DNA of 64,000 bases from Mayamaea pseudoterrestris (lineage: Eukaryota): positions 1,798,001 through 1,862,000 of the forward strand of contig BROI01000002.1 in assembly GCA_027923505.1 (NCBI GenBank). Reading direction: 5' to 3'. The notes beneath the pieces were generated by a model. The model searched no databases. It saw only the letters and a list, made by a program, of their open reading frames with translations, and was not told the DNA's origin. Numbering within the stretch: position 1 is the stretch's first letter; every line of letters begins with the position of its first letter. This document shows, piece by piece, positions 13,081-25,900 of the stretch. A program made the position numbers and the translations under genes.

Positions 13081-14134
13081 AGCTCAGCGTCGTGGTCTGA
13101 CAAGCCCAAGGCTACAGAGACTCATTCCGAAATCAAAAGATCAGACTCATGCAACTTGAAAGTAACCTTGCAAAAACTTGGCTGCTCCAACAAGAAGCTC
13201 ATGCATGCTGTAATGTGCTCCACAAAGTTGATCTTTGATCAAGCTCAGCGCAGTATCTGGCAGGCTCCAAGGCTACAGGCACTTATTCTAGGAATCAAAA
13301 GATCCATCTCATGCATCATGAAAGTGACCTTGCAAGAGATGGCTGCTCCAACAAGGATCTCATGCATGCTGTAATGTGCTCCACAAAGTTTGATCAATGA
13401 TCAAGCTCAGTGCAGTGGTCTGGCAGGCTCCAAGGCTACAGACACTCATTCCGGGAACCAAAAGATCAGTCTCATGCAACACAAAAGCAACCTTGGAAGA
13501 CTTGGCTGCTCCAACAAGAAGCTCATGCATGCTGTAATGTGCTCCACAAAGTTGATCTATGATCAAGCTCAACTCAGTGGCCTGGCAGGCTCCAAGGATA
13601 CAGTCACTCATTCCGGGAATCAAAAGATCAGTCTCATGCAACATGAAAGTGACCTTGCAAAAACTTGGCTGCTCCAACAATGAGCTCATGCATGCTGTAG
13701 ATGCGCTCCACAAAGTTGATCTTTGATCAAGCTCAGCGCCTTGGTCTGACAACCCCAATGCTAAAGACACTCACTCCGGGAATCAAAATATCATTTTCTT
13801 GCAACTCGAAAGTAACCTTGCAAAAACTTGGCTGCTCCAACAAGGATCTCATGCATGCTGTAATGTGCTCCACAAAGGTAATTTTATGATCAAGCTCAGC
13901 GCCTTGGTCTGGCAGGCTCTAAGGATAAAGTCACTCAATCCGGGAATCAAACGATCTATTTTATGCAACATGAAAGTGACCTTGCAAGATTTGGCTGCTC
14001 CAACAAGGATCTCACACATGCTCTAAATGTGCTCCACAAACTTAATCCCTGATCAAGCTCAGTGCCTTGGTCTGACAACCCGAATGCTAAAGACACTCAT
14101 TCCAGGAATCAAAATATCAGTTTCATGCCACTTG

Positions 14135-14204
14135 CGCACAGACTCACTCACTCACTCACACACACGTAAAACTTTTAACTCACTGAGCCCATTCTGGGTC
14201 TGTG
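14135..14204 (+). mobile_element. 70-bp non-satellite segment: (ACTC)n microsatellite plus terminal hairpin, resembling a Helentron/HINE 3' end; second copy at ~17633-17700
   Basis: CACAGACTCACTCACTCACTCACACACACGTAAAACTTTTAACTCACTGAGCCCATTCTGGGTCTGTG; imperfect stem TCACTGAGCCCA/TGGGTCTGTGA. Confidence 0.45.
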
Positions 14205-15653
14205 ATATCACTTTCATGCAACATGTAAGTGACCTTGCAAGAGATGGCTGCTTCAACAAGGATCTCATGCATGCTGTTATGCGCTCCACAAACTTAATCC
14301 CTGATCAGGCTCAGCGCCTTGGTCTGGCAGGCTCCAATGCTACAAACACTCATTCCGGGAATCAAAAGATCAGTCTCATGCAACATGAAAGTGACCTTGC
14401 AAAACCTTGGCTGCTCCAACAAGGAGCTCATGCATGCTGTAAATGCGCTCCACAAAGTTAATCCATGATAAAGCTCAGCGTCATGGTCTGACAAGCCCAA
14501 GGCTACAGACACTCATTCCGGGAATCAAAAGATCATTTTCATGCAACATGAAAGTGACCTTGCAAAACCTTGGCTGCTCCAACAAGGAGCTCATGCATGC
14601 TGTAAATGCGCTCCACAAAGTTAATCCATGATAAAGCTCAGCGTTGTGGTTTGACAAGCCCAAGGCTACAGACACTCATTCTGGGAATCAAAAGATCAGA
14701 CTCATGCAACATGAAAGCAACCTTGCAAGACTTGGCTGGTCTAACAAGGAGCTCATGCATGCTGTTATGCGCTCCACTAAGTTTATTCATGATCAAGCTC
14801 AGCGCAGTGGTCTGGCAGGCTCTAATGCTACAGTCACTCATTCCGGGAATCAAAAGATCCATCTCATGCAACATGAAAGTGACCTTGCAAGAGATGGCTG
14901 CTTCAACAAGGATCTCATGCATGCTGTAATGTGCTCCACAAACTTAATCTATGTTCAAGCTCAGCGCAGTGGTCTGGCAGGCTCCAAGGATACAGTCACT
15001 CATTCCGGGAATCAAAAGATCCATCTTTTGCAACATGAAAGTGACCTTGCAAGACTTGGCTGCTTCATCAAGGAGCTCATGCATGCTGTAAATGCGCTCC
15101 ACGAAGTTAATCCCTGATCAGGCTCAGCGCCTTAATCTGACAACCCCAATGCTAAAGACACTCATTCCGGGTTTCAAAATATCAGTTTCATGCAACTTGA
15201 AAGTAACCTTGCAAAAACTTGGCTGCTCCAACAAGGATCTCAAGCATGCTGTTATGCGCACCACTAGGTTTATTCATGATCAAGCTCAGCACCTTGGTCT
15301 GGCGGGCTCCACGGCTACAGACACTCATTACAAGAATCAAAATATCAGTTTTATGCACTTGAAAGTAACCTTGCAAAAACTTGGCTGCTCCAACAAGGAT
15401 CTCATGCATGCTCTTGAGGTGCTCCACAAACTTAATCCCTGATCATGCTCAGTGCCTTGGTCTGACAACCCCAATGCTAAAGACTCTCATTCTGGGAATC
15501 ATAAATCAGTTTCATGCCACTTGAGGTAACCTTGCAAAAACGTGGCTGGTCCAACAAAGATCTCATGCATGCTGTTATGCGCTCCACTAAGTTGATCAAT
15601 GATCAAGCTCAGCGCAGTGGTCTGGCAGGCTCCAAGGCTAGAGACACTCATTA

Positions 15654-18504
15654 TGACACGATGCAGCTCCAGTTCGTACGGCTGCAACGATTCCTCACCC
15701 TCTGTAGTCGGTTTCCAAGTGAGCGGGATGATCAGTCCTTTACCTTGGTTTATCCTACAGGGGTCTTATCCTACAAAACGCTAGTTGATTAAGCAGTTCT
15801 CTAGAAAGTGAGTTGATTTACGATCGGTCGAGAAAGAGCGATTGATCAGATGGCTCTTTCAAGACCATTCACGATAGTGAATACTAATCTTGTTTAATCG
15901 TGCCTGCGGCTGGCACACATGCAATATTTCAATGACGTAGTTGTGAGTAGATGTCTTTTCTGGTACCGCAACGGAGGTTCGAGTACTATGCTCGTGCGCC
16001 CCCGGCGACGTCTAGGTTCGCGTCAAGCGACTGGACTAGATCGTCATTGTGACACTCCCCTTGTAGGTGTGCCAGGACAGGTGTAAGCTCAATGAGCTCC
16101 CCTGGAGTCGGCTCCCCTTGAGGCAGTGACGGGTCCATAAGGTAGAATTCGAGTTCTCCAGGATCCAAGGTTTCGCCACGCCAGAACAGTAATGGTTTGA
16201 GTAGGGGCCATGCGTCGATGTAGGGTAGGTATTTGGTAAGCGCGTCGGAAGCGTTTTCCTTGCCAGCAATCTTGACGAACTTGATAATTCGGCTGCTACA
16301 CACACGGATACGGTGATATGCGAGGGCATTGTGGCGCTTGGTGAGTGTGGATGTAGGCACTGTACACTGCGTGATGACTGATTGGTTATCACCGAGTAGC
16401 CATGATGAGGACTCGATGGGAACACCCATTGCCATGAGTGACGCGCGTATGCCTAGGATATGGTCGGTTGCAACGCGTCCGCTCATGAGTTCAGAGCCAA
16501 AGGTCGCGTGTTCGACGGTATCTTGAAGTTTGGCAAAGTGTGCTCAACTTGTTGATCTCGCCATGCTGTAATCACGCTCCACAAAGAGTTGATCTATATG
16601 ATCAAGCTCAAGCGCAGTCGGTCTGGCGGGCTCCAAAGCTACAGAACAATCATTCCATCAAAAGATCAAACTCTTGCATGCGAGTGACACAAGACTTGAG
16701 TTGGTCCTACAAGCTCATGCATGCTGTAATGTGCTCCACCGAAGTGGATCAGTGGTCAATCTCAGCTGAGTGGTCTGGCAGGCTCCAAGGCTGAACATCA
16801 TTCAGGATCAAAGAAACAAACTCTTGCAACATAAGAAGATGACCTTACAGACTTGGCTGCTGCAACAAAGGAGCTATGCATGTGCTGTAATGCAGCTCTA
16901 AAGTTGATCTATGAAGTCAAGCTCGGCCAGTGGTCTGGCAGACTCAAGCTGACAATCATTCCAGGAATCGATCAAACCCAACAACCTAACTTGGCTGCTC
17001 AAACAACTTATGCCTCGTGCGCCGCAAGTTGATCCTATGATCATGCTGAGCGAAACGCCTTGAGCAACAACCAAGGCTACAGACAAATCATTCGGGAATT
17101 AAAAGATCAAACACATGCAACTTGTAAGTGACCTTGCAAGACTTGGCTGCTGCACAACTCGCCCGGGCATTTCTTGGCGAAAGGCGTCGTTCCAGCGAGC
17201 GATTCGACAACCACTTCTTGCGCGTCGCGTCGGGGACTGTTTACGCCGTATATCTCCGTCCGACAAGGCATTCTCAAGTGAACCGCGGTGCTCTACGTTG
17301 CTGTGATCGTTCGTCAGTTTCGTATGCGAACTCGACTGGCTACGCTGCGCTCTTGCGCTTTCAGCGTTCTTCCCGTCAAGTACATCGTGTGCATTTCCTT
17401 GAAGCATTCGTGGGCCGACCCGTCCTTGTAACGCGAATGATCGGGGATGCAGTTGGCGACTTTGCAGTATAGTGATGATGTCGAATGCTGTGGCTTCTTG
17501 CGCTTTGAATACCTCGGGAGATCTTGGTGGCTTGTCCAGGTTGAAATCGATCGAAGACTTCGATCCTTGTTCTGACAGCCCAATGCTAAGACACTCATTC
17601 AGGAATCAAAACATCAGTTTTCATGCCACTTGCGCACAGACTCACTCACTCACTCACACACGTAAAACTTTTAACTCACTGGGCCCATTCTGGTCTGTGA
17701 CACTCATGCAACATTAAGTGACCTGCAAAGATGGCTGCTTCAACAGGATCTCATGTATGTATTATCATGAAAGCTCCACAAACTTAATCCCTGATCAGGC
17801 TCAGCGCCTTGGTCTGGCAGCTCCAATACTGCAAACACTCATTCGGGAATCAAAAAAGATCCGTCTCATGCAACATGAAAGTGACCTTGCAAAACCTTGG
17901 CTGCTCCAACAAGGAGCTCATGCATGCTGTAAATGCGCTCCACAAAGTTAATCCATGATAAAGCTCAGCGCCTTGGTTTGACAACCCACGGACTTCCAAA
18001 TGTGTAGATTGAAGCCTCGGACGGAAATGAACGCGAGGATGTCCGCTGCCAATGTAGTGTCAACGAAAGGGAGAGTGGTCGTCACCAGCGCCCGAGAGAG
18101 TTGATTGTAAAGACCAAGACTGTGTGATCTGACACGATGCAGCTCCAGTTCGTACGGCTGCAACGATTCCTCACCCTCTGTAGTCGGTTTCCAAGTGAGC
18201 GGGATGATCAGTCCTTTACCTTGGTTTATCCTACAGGGGTCTTATCCTACAAAACGCTAGTTGATTAAGCAGTTCTCTAGAAAGTGAGTTGATTTACGAT
18301 CGGTCGAGAAAGAGCGATTGATCAGATGGCTCTTTCAAGACCATTCACGATAGTGAATACTAATCTTGTTTAAGCTTGCCTGCTGGCTGGCACATGCAAT
18401 ATTTCAATGACGTAGTTGTGAGTAGATGTCTTTTCTCCATGATCGAAAGCTCAGCGCAGTGGTCTGGCGGCTCCAAGCGACTGGACTAGATCGTCATTGT
18501 GACA
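15654..18504 (-). mobile_element. Ty1/Copia (CoDi-like) LTR retrotransposon insertion, internally incomplete or mosaic
   Basis: Two LTRs (15654-16054, 18130-18504) with TG...CA ends; 5-bp TSD CATTA (15649-15653, 18505-18509); polypurine tract AAGGGGAG next to the 3' LTR; RNase H fragment; possible gag fragments at ~17160-17570 and ~17990-18130. Confidence 0.92.
15986..16520 (-). pseudogene. Copia pol C-terminal RNase H fragment
   Basis: TVEHATFGSE...LGDNQSVI...STLTKRHNALAYHR...GKENASDALTKYL...LKPLLFWRG, typical of Copia RNase H; 5' part missing. Confidence 0.9.
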
Positions 18505-19676
18505 CATTACAGGAATCAAAAGATCCATCTTATGCAACATGAAACTGACCTTGCAAATACTTGGCTGCTCCAACAAGGAGATCATGCATGCTGTAAATGC
18601 GCTCCACAAAGTTAATCCCTGATCAGGCTCAGCACCTTGGTCTGACAACCCCAAGGCTAAAGACACTCATTCCGGGAATCAAAAGATCAGTTTCATGCAA
18701 CATGAAAGTGACCTTGCAAAACCTTGGCTGCTCCAACAAGGAGCTCATGCATGCTGTAAATGCGCTCCACAAAGTTAATCCATGATAAAGCTCAGCGTCG
18801 TGGTCTGACAAGCCCAAGGCTACAGACACTCATTCCGGGAATCAAAAGAGCAGACTCATGCAACATGAAAGCAACCTTGCAAGACTTGGCTGGTCCAACA
18901 AGGAGCTCATGCATGCTGTTATGCGCTCCACTAATTTTATTCATGATCAAGATTAGCGCAGTGGTCTGGCAGGCTCTAATGCTACAGACACTCAATCAGG
19001 TATTCAAAAGATCAGTCTCATGCAACACCAAAGTGACCTTGCAAGACTTGGCTGCTCCAACAAGAAGCTCATGCATGCTGTAATATGCTCCACAAAATTG
19101 ATCTCTGATCAAGCTCAGCGCAGTGTCTGGCAGGCTCCAAGGCTACAGTCACTCATTCCGGGAATCAAAAGATCCATCTTCTGCAACATGAAAGTGACCT
19201 TGCAAGAGATGGCTGCTCCAACAAGGACCTCATGCATGCTGTAATGTGCTCCACAAAGTTTGATCAATGATCAAGGTCAGCGTAGTGGTCTGGCAGGCTC
19301 CAAGGCTACAGACACTCATTCCGGGAATCAAAAGATCAGTCTCATGCAACACAAAAGTGACCTTACAAGACTTGGCTGCTCCAACAAGAAGCTCATGCAT
19401 GCTGTAGATGTGCTCCACAAAGTTATTCTATGATCAAGCTCAGCGCAATGGTCTGGCAGGCTCCAAGGCTACAGACACTCATACCGGGAATCAAAAGATC
19501 AGTCTTATGCAACATGATAGTGACCTTGCAAGACTTAGTTGCTCCAACAAGAAGCTCATGCATGCTGTAAATGCGCTCCACTAAGTTTTTTCATGATCAG
19601 GCTCAGCGCCTTGGTCTGGCAGGCTCCAATGCTAAAGTCATTCATTCTGGGAATCAAAAGATCAGTCTCATGCAAC

Positions 19677-22600
19677 CCGGTCCTCCTCATGGCAACAGGA
19701 GCAACCATAATTCTTGCCATTTACGCTATAGTATACCGCTTGTTTAATGTTTATACCTACAACAGTGTTGTAAAGAGACCATTTATAGTCCAGTAAGTGG
19801 TCCCGCCACGTTCCTTTCGGCCCCGGCCGCTTCGTCGAAACAACACTCCCCAGCGCTCGATTTGGTGAGCGACTGCCATGAGCAACGGCGGAGGCCGTTT
19901 CGATGGACAGCAGGTCTCGATCAACCTCGGCACGTATAACATTCAATCCGGACGTGCTGGCAGGCTGGAGAGCGCATTGCGCGTGATGCAACAGATGAAT
20001 TTGGACATTGGCATCCTTACGGAGGCCAAGCTCACTGGTGGTATACACACGCGGTTCTCGTCAGGGTACCATGTGTACGCCACTGAGGCACGTTCACCTC
20101 ATCAAGGGGGCGTCGCTTTGGTCTTTCGAGATTCGGATTATTGGCAAGTCGAATCGGTTCTTAAACACGGTCCTAATGTTATCAGCTGTGAACTGGTAAC
20201 AGGTCGACGACGAATTCCCCTCGTCGGTGTTTATCTTCCGCCCGACGATGTCACAACTATTGAATATCTTCAAGCTGCATTGGACCGGTTTCCCAATGGA
20301 AACCCAATTGTGCTGGGCGACTTAAATGTTGCCCTTGCGTCCCCGAGGGACGCCCACGGTGCCGACATCGCGGGTACAGTCAGTGCCAATGGACTCGAGG
20401 ATATGCTGCCGCATTTCAAGTCGCGCCCGTCTTTTCGACATGGCAAGACTTGGAGCATGATACGCAATGGGTGTCGTATAGACTCCCGTTGCGATTATAT
20501 TTTGGGCCATGACCGTCGCATGTTTATGAACGTGCAGATCAAGGATCCAAGATGCTTCAGCTTGGACCATTTCATGGTTTGGGCTCAGATGCTGTCGGCT
20601 CCGCAACGGAGCCATCGACACTACCTACAAGGTAGAAAGCAATTTCCACTGCGGCCGCAAAGGCCGCAGCCGAAGGCGGATGTCTGGTTTGGGGAGCTGG
20701 CGAAGGAAAAGATGGTCATCACTCGGGAGACTCGGGTGCGGACATCATGGATTTCTGATGCTACCTGGCAGTTAATTGACACGCGAGCCTCGCTCCGACG
20801 TCAACCAAACTGCGATCAGACAGAAGCTAGGAGACTGGCACGGCAAATACGCGCTGGCATTAAAGCCGACCGTAAAGCCCGGGTGAGGTCAGCTGGTGCT
20901 GACATTGAAGCTCGGCTTGCCGCCAAGGATCCTAAGGGGGCATGGGAGCGAATCAAGGCATGGTATAACCATGCTGGAGACCGCCCCAGCAAACCCTCTC
21001 GTCTCGATGTGCAGACCGTCTCGCGCGAATTTGCTGATTTATATCGGCAGGTGCCTCCTCCAGGTGATCCAATTCCTGTGATGATTGCACCATTTCGCGT
21101 TCGCGACCATCTGCCTTCCGAGAAGGAAATTGCGTCGGCCGTCACATGCCTTCGAGCTGGCAAATCGCCAGGTCCGTCCGGGCTGCGTGCAGAGGACCTC
21201 AAGGAGTGGCTTGCAGCATCACAAAGGGAAGAATTCCCAAGCCGGCGTAACTGGGACAAGGTAATTGGCCTAGTTCAACACGCATTTATGACGGGTGAAA
21301 TCCCTGAAGAAATGACGTGGTCCGTTTTGGTTCTCATCCCAAAGGGCAGCGGAGGCCATCGGGGGATTGGACTATTGGACGTTATTTGGAAAGTGATCTC
21401 AAGCATTATTAATGCTCGGCTCAACTCGGCAATTAGCTTCCATGACTCTCTCCACGGGTTTCGACCTAAACGTGGCACAACTACCGCTATCCTAGAAGCA
21501 AAGCTCCTCCAGCAACTTGCTGCAATTGAGCAGTCGCCGCTTTACGAGATCTTCATTGACCTCCAAAAAGCATACGACACGCTGGATCGCAACAGAACAT
21601 TGGAGATACTGAAAGGATATGGAGTTGGACCGCAGGTGTGCCAGTTGCTCCGTAACTTTTGGGACCGGCAGCAGGTGGTGGCGAGGCTAGGTGGATTTCA
21701 TGGGGAGCCGTTCGCGGCTCGCCGTGGCGTCACACAAGGGGATATTGTCTCGCCTACCATTTTCAATATTGTGGTCGATGCAGTTGTCCGGTATTGGCTT
21801 TCGCTGATTTCGGACAATAATGACGATGTTTTGGAGGGTCTTGTGCAGGGCTTTTGCAGACGATGGCCTCCTAGCATCACGCTCGCATGAATTTCTACAG
21901 GCGGCTTTTAGCTGCTTGGTGGAATTATTTGAGCACATCGGACTTAAAACGAACACAAAAAAAAACCAAAGTGATGACTTGCTACCCTGGCTACATTAGT
22001 GGTCAAATTTCCGATCTTGCGTACAAGAGACGAATGACAGGGGAGGGAGATTCTTTTCGCGATCGGCTACGCCGACGCGTGAGCTGCCCGGAGTGCAGCA
22101 AGGATCTCTCTGCAGGTTCACTCCAACAGCATATGCGGACGCAGCATGGAATGGAAGGTGTCTTCTTTGAGGATCCACCCGCCCATGGCCCTCCTGCTGA
22201 ATACCGCATTAGCTTCCCACGGTACGCCACAAAAGTCCACTGCCCGGTGGACGGATGTGCTGGGACAGCTACGACGCGATCCAATCTCCGCTGCCATTTT
22301 CAGTACAAACATGTCACTGACAGGATTGTTATCCTGGAGGAAGGCTCCACTGCGCTACCACGCTGTGAACTCTGCGACATGTTTGTGCCATATTCCGCTC
22401 TGAACACCGGCCACCAAACCACAGCATGCTGTCGGGAGGGTGCTGTCCGGAAACAGCAGCGGCACGCAGCTGAGGATGCCCGCCGCGCACGTGAAGTTGT
22501 CTTCACCCTGCTGTAGTCGGTTCCGTAATTTCATTGTGTACTTGGGCCGCCCATTGAACAGTTTGCCTAGTGGGATTGAAGTCAGCGCTGCACAACCCAA

Positions 22601-22956
22601 GCCAATCGTTTTTGCCAGGCTGTGCAATCGTTTGAATCGTGGAAGGATCATCAGTCGAAGCTAGGCTTGTCATGGCTTGGTCTTGATGTTCAATAATTTA
22701 AACTCTGGCGTGATGCCTGGGGGTGCCGATGGAGAGCATGCATTCCGCATACCAGGCCTGTCTTTGAATTAATCGCGAGCGTGTCATCTCGCAACACCTG
22801 CAGCGCCTGGCAATGGCCATCCAGGGTTAGTTTAGGATAGACATAAAACAAGTACTATAAGCGTCAGAGCCTAGGAAGGGGGAAGGCCGCTGAAGCGAGG
22901 TTGATACCTCACGATCTTCAAGCCTCGCCCTTCTGGAGGCCAGTTAAACAACAACA
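19677..22956 (+). mobile_element. Non-LTR retrotransposon (single APE-RT ORF, RTE-like), 3.28 kb
   Basis: 13-bp TSD AGTCTCATGCAAC (19664-19676, 22957-22969); (ACA)n tail at ~22946-22956; 200-bp 5' leader; 3' stem-loop. Confidence 0.95.
19878..22560 (+). pseudogene. APE endonuclease-reverse transcriptase polyprotein with zinc fingers; frameshifted in this sequence
   Basis: APE motifs TYNI, LTE, GGVAL, VYLPP, GDLN, CDYI, DH. RT motifs KSPGPSG, LIPK, RGIGLL, HGFR, DLQKAYD, GVTQGD.SP, FADD (shifted frame, ~21853), GLKTNTKK, YLG (~22540). Frameshifts near 21850, 21960 (A-run) and 22510. Confidence 0.92.
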
Positions 22957-25900
22957 AGTCTCATGCAACATGAAAGTGACCTTGCAAAAACATAGCTGCT
23001 CCAACAAGGAGCTCATGCATGCTGTAAATGCGCTCCACAAAGTTAATCCATGATAAAGCTCAGTGTCATGGTCTGACAAGCCCAAGGCTACAGATCCTCA
23101 TTCCGGGAATCAAAAGATCAATCTCATGCAACATGAAAGTGACCTTGCAAGACTTGGCTGCTCCAACAAGGAGCTCATGCATGCTGTAATGCGCTCCACA
23201 AAGTTGATCTATGATCAAGCTCAGCGCAGTGGTCTGACAAGCCCAAGGCTACAGATCCTCATTCCGGGAAATAAAAGATCCATCTCATGCAACATGAAAG
23301 TGACCTTGCAAGACTTGGCTGCTCCAACAAGGAGCTCATGCATGCTGTAATGTGCTCCACAAAGTTGATCTATGATCAAGCTCAGCGCAGTGGTCTGGCA
23401 GGCTCCCAAAGTTGATCTATGATCAAGCTCAGCGCAGTGGTCTGGCAGGCTCCAAGGCTACAGACAATCATTCCGGGAATCAAAAGATCAGTCTCATGCA
23501 ACATGAAAGTGACCTTGCAAGACTTGGCTGCTCCAACAAGAAGCTCATGCATGCTGTAGATGTGCTCCACAAAGTTTGATCAATGATCAAGCTCAGCGCA
23601 GTGGTCTGGCAGGCTCCAAGGATACAGTCACTCATTCCGGGAACCAAAAGATCAGTCTCATGCAACACGAAAGCAACCTTGGAAGACTTGGCTGCGTCAA
23701 CAAGAAGCTCATGCATGCTGTAATGTGCTCCATAAGGTGATCTATGATCAAGCTCAGCCTTGGTCTGGCAGGCTCCAATGCTAAAGACACTCATTCCGGG
23801 AATCAAAAGATCAGTTTCATGCAACATGAAAGTGACCTTGCAAGACTTGGCTGCTCCAACAAGGAGCTCATGCATGCTGTAATGCGCTCCAGAAAGTTGA
23901 ACCATGATAAAGCTCAGTGTCATGGTCTGACAACCCGAAGGCTACAGACAATCATTCCGGGGTGCAAAAGATCAACCTCATGCAACATGGAAGTGACCTT
24001 GCCAGACTTGGTTGCTCCAACAAGGAGCTCATGCATGCTGTAATGCGCTCCACAAAGTTGATCTATGATCAAGCTCAGCGCAGTGGTCTGACAAGCCCAA
24101 GGCTACAGATCCTCATTCCGGGAAATAAAAGATCCATCTCATGCAACATGAAAGTGACCTTGCAAGACTTGGCTGCTCCAACAAGGAGCTCATGCATGCT
24201 GTAATGTGCTCCACAAAGTTGATCTATGATCAAGCTCAGCGCAGTGGTCTGGCAGGATCCGAGGCTACAGACAATCATTCCGGGAATCAAAAGATCACAC
24301 TCATGCAACATGAAAGTGACCTTGCAAGACTTGGCTGCTCCAACAAGGAGCTCATGCATGCTGTAATGCGCTCCACAAAGTTGATCTATGATCAAGCTCA
24401 GCGCAGTGGTCTGGCAGGCTCCAAGGCTACAGACAATCATTCCGGGAATCAAAAGATCCACCTCATGCAACATGAAAGTGACCTTGCAAGACTTGGCTGC
24501 TCCAACAAGGAGCTCATGCATGTTGTAATGTGCTCCACAAAGTTGATCTATGATCAAGCTGAGTGCCTTGGTCTGACAAGCCCAAGGCTACATAATCTCA
24601 TTCCGGGAAATAAAAGATCCATCTCATGCAACATGAAAGTGACCTTGCAAGACTTGGCTGCTCCAACAAGGAGCTCTTTGATGCTGTAATGTGCTCCACA
24701 AAGTTGATCTATGATCAAGCTCAGCATCTTGGTCTGACAAGCCCAAGGCTACAGATCCTCATTCCGGGAAATAAAAGATCCATCTCATGCAACATGAAAG
24801 TGACCTTGCAAGACTTGGCTGCTCCAACAAGGAGCTCATGCATGCTGTAATGCGCTCCACAAAGTTGATCTATGATCAAGCTCAGCGCAGTGGTCTGACA
24901 AGCCCAAGGCTACAGATCCTCATTCCGGGAAATAAAAGATCCATCTCATGCAACATGAAAGTGACCTTGCAAGACTTGGCTGCTCCAACAAGGAGCTCAT
25001 GCATGCTGTAATGTGCTCCACAAAGTTGATCTATGATCAAGCTCAAAACAGTGGTCTGGCAGGCTCCAAGGCTACATATCCTCTTTCCAGGAAATAAAAG
25101 ATCCATCTCATGCAACATGAAAGTGACCTTGCAAGACTTGGCTGCTCCAACAAGGAGCTCATGCATGCTGTAATGCGCTCCACAAAGTTGATCTATGATC
25201 AAGCTGAGCGCCTTGGTCTGACAAGCCCAAGGCTACAGACAATCATTCCGGGAAATAAAAGATCCATCTCATGCAACATGAAAGTGACCTTGCAAGACTT
25301 GGCTGCTCCAACAAGGAGCTCATGCATGCTGTAATGTGCTCCACAAAGTTGATCTATGATCAAGCTGAGCGCCTTGGTCTGACAAGCCCAAGGCTACAGA
25401 CAATCATTCCGGGAATCAAAAGATCAACCTCATGCAACATGAAAGTGACCTTGCAAGACTTGGCTGCTCCAACAAGGAGCTCATGCATGCTGTAATGTGC
25501 TCCACAAAGTTAATCTATGATCAAGCTGAGTGCCTTGGCCTGGCAGGCTCCATGGCTACAGACAATCATTCCAGAAATCATAAGATCCATCTCATGCAAC
25601 ATGAAAGTGACCTTGCAAGACTTGGCTGCTCCAACAAGGAGCTCATGCATGCTGTAATGCGCTCCACAAAGTTGATCTATGATCAAGCTCAGCGCAGTGG
25701 TCTAGCAGGCTCCGAGGCTACAGATCCTCATTCCGGGAAATAAAAGATCCATCTCATGCAACATGAAAGTGACCTTGCAAGACTTGGCTGCTCCAACAAG
25801 GAGCTCATGCATGCTGTAATGTGCTCCACAAAGTTGATCTATGATCAAGCTCAGCGCAGTGGTCTGGCAGGCTCCAAGGCTACAGACAATCATTCCGGGA

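Noticed and set aside
19677..19877. HDV-like ribozyme at the LINE 5' end (GTCCTCCTCATGGC resembles P3/L3)
   Set aside because: Could not build P1, P1.1 or P2 pairings by eye; a covariance-model search would be needed.
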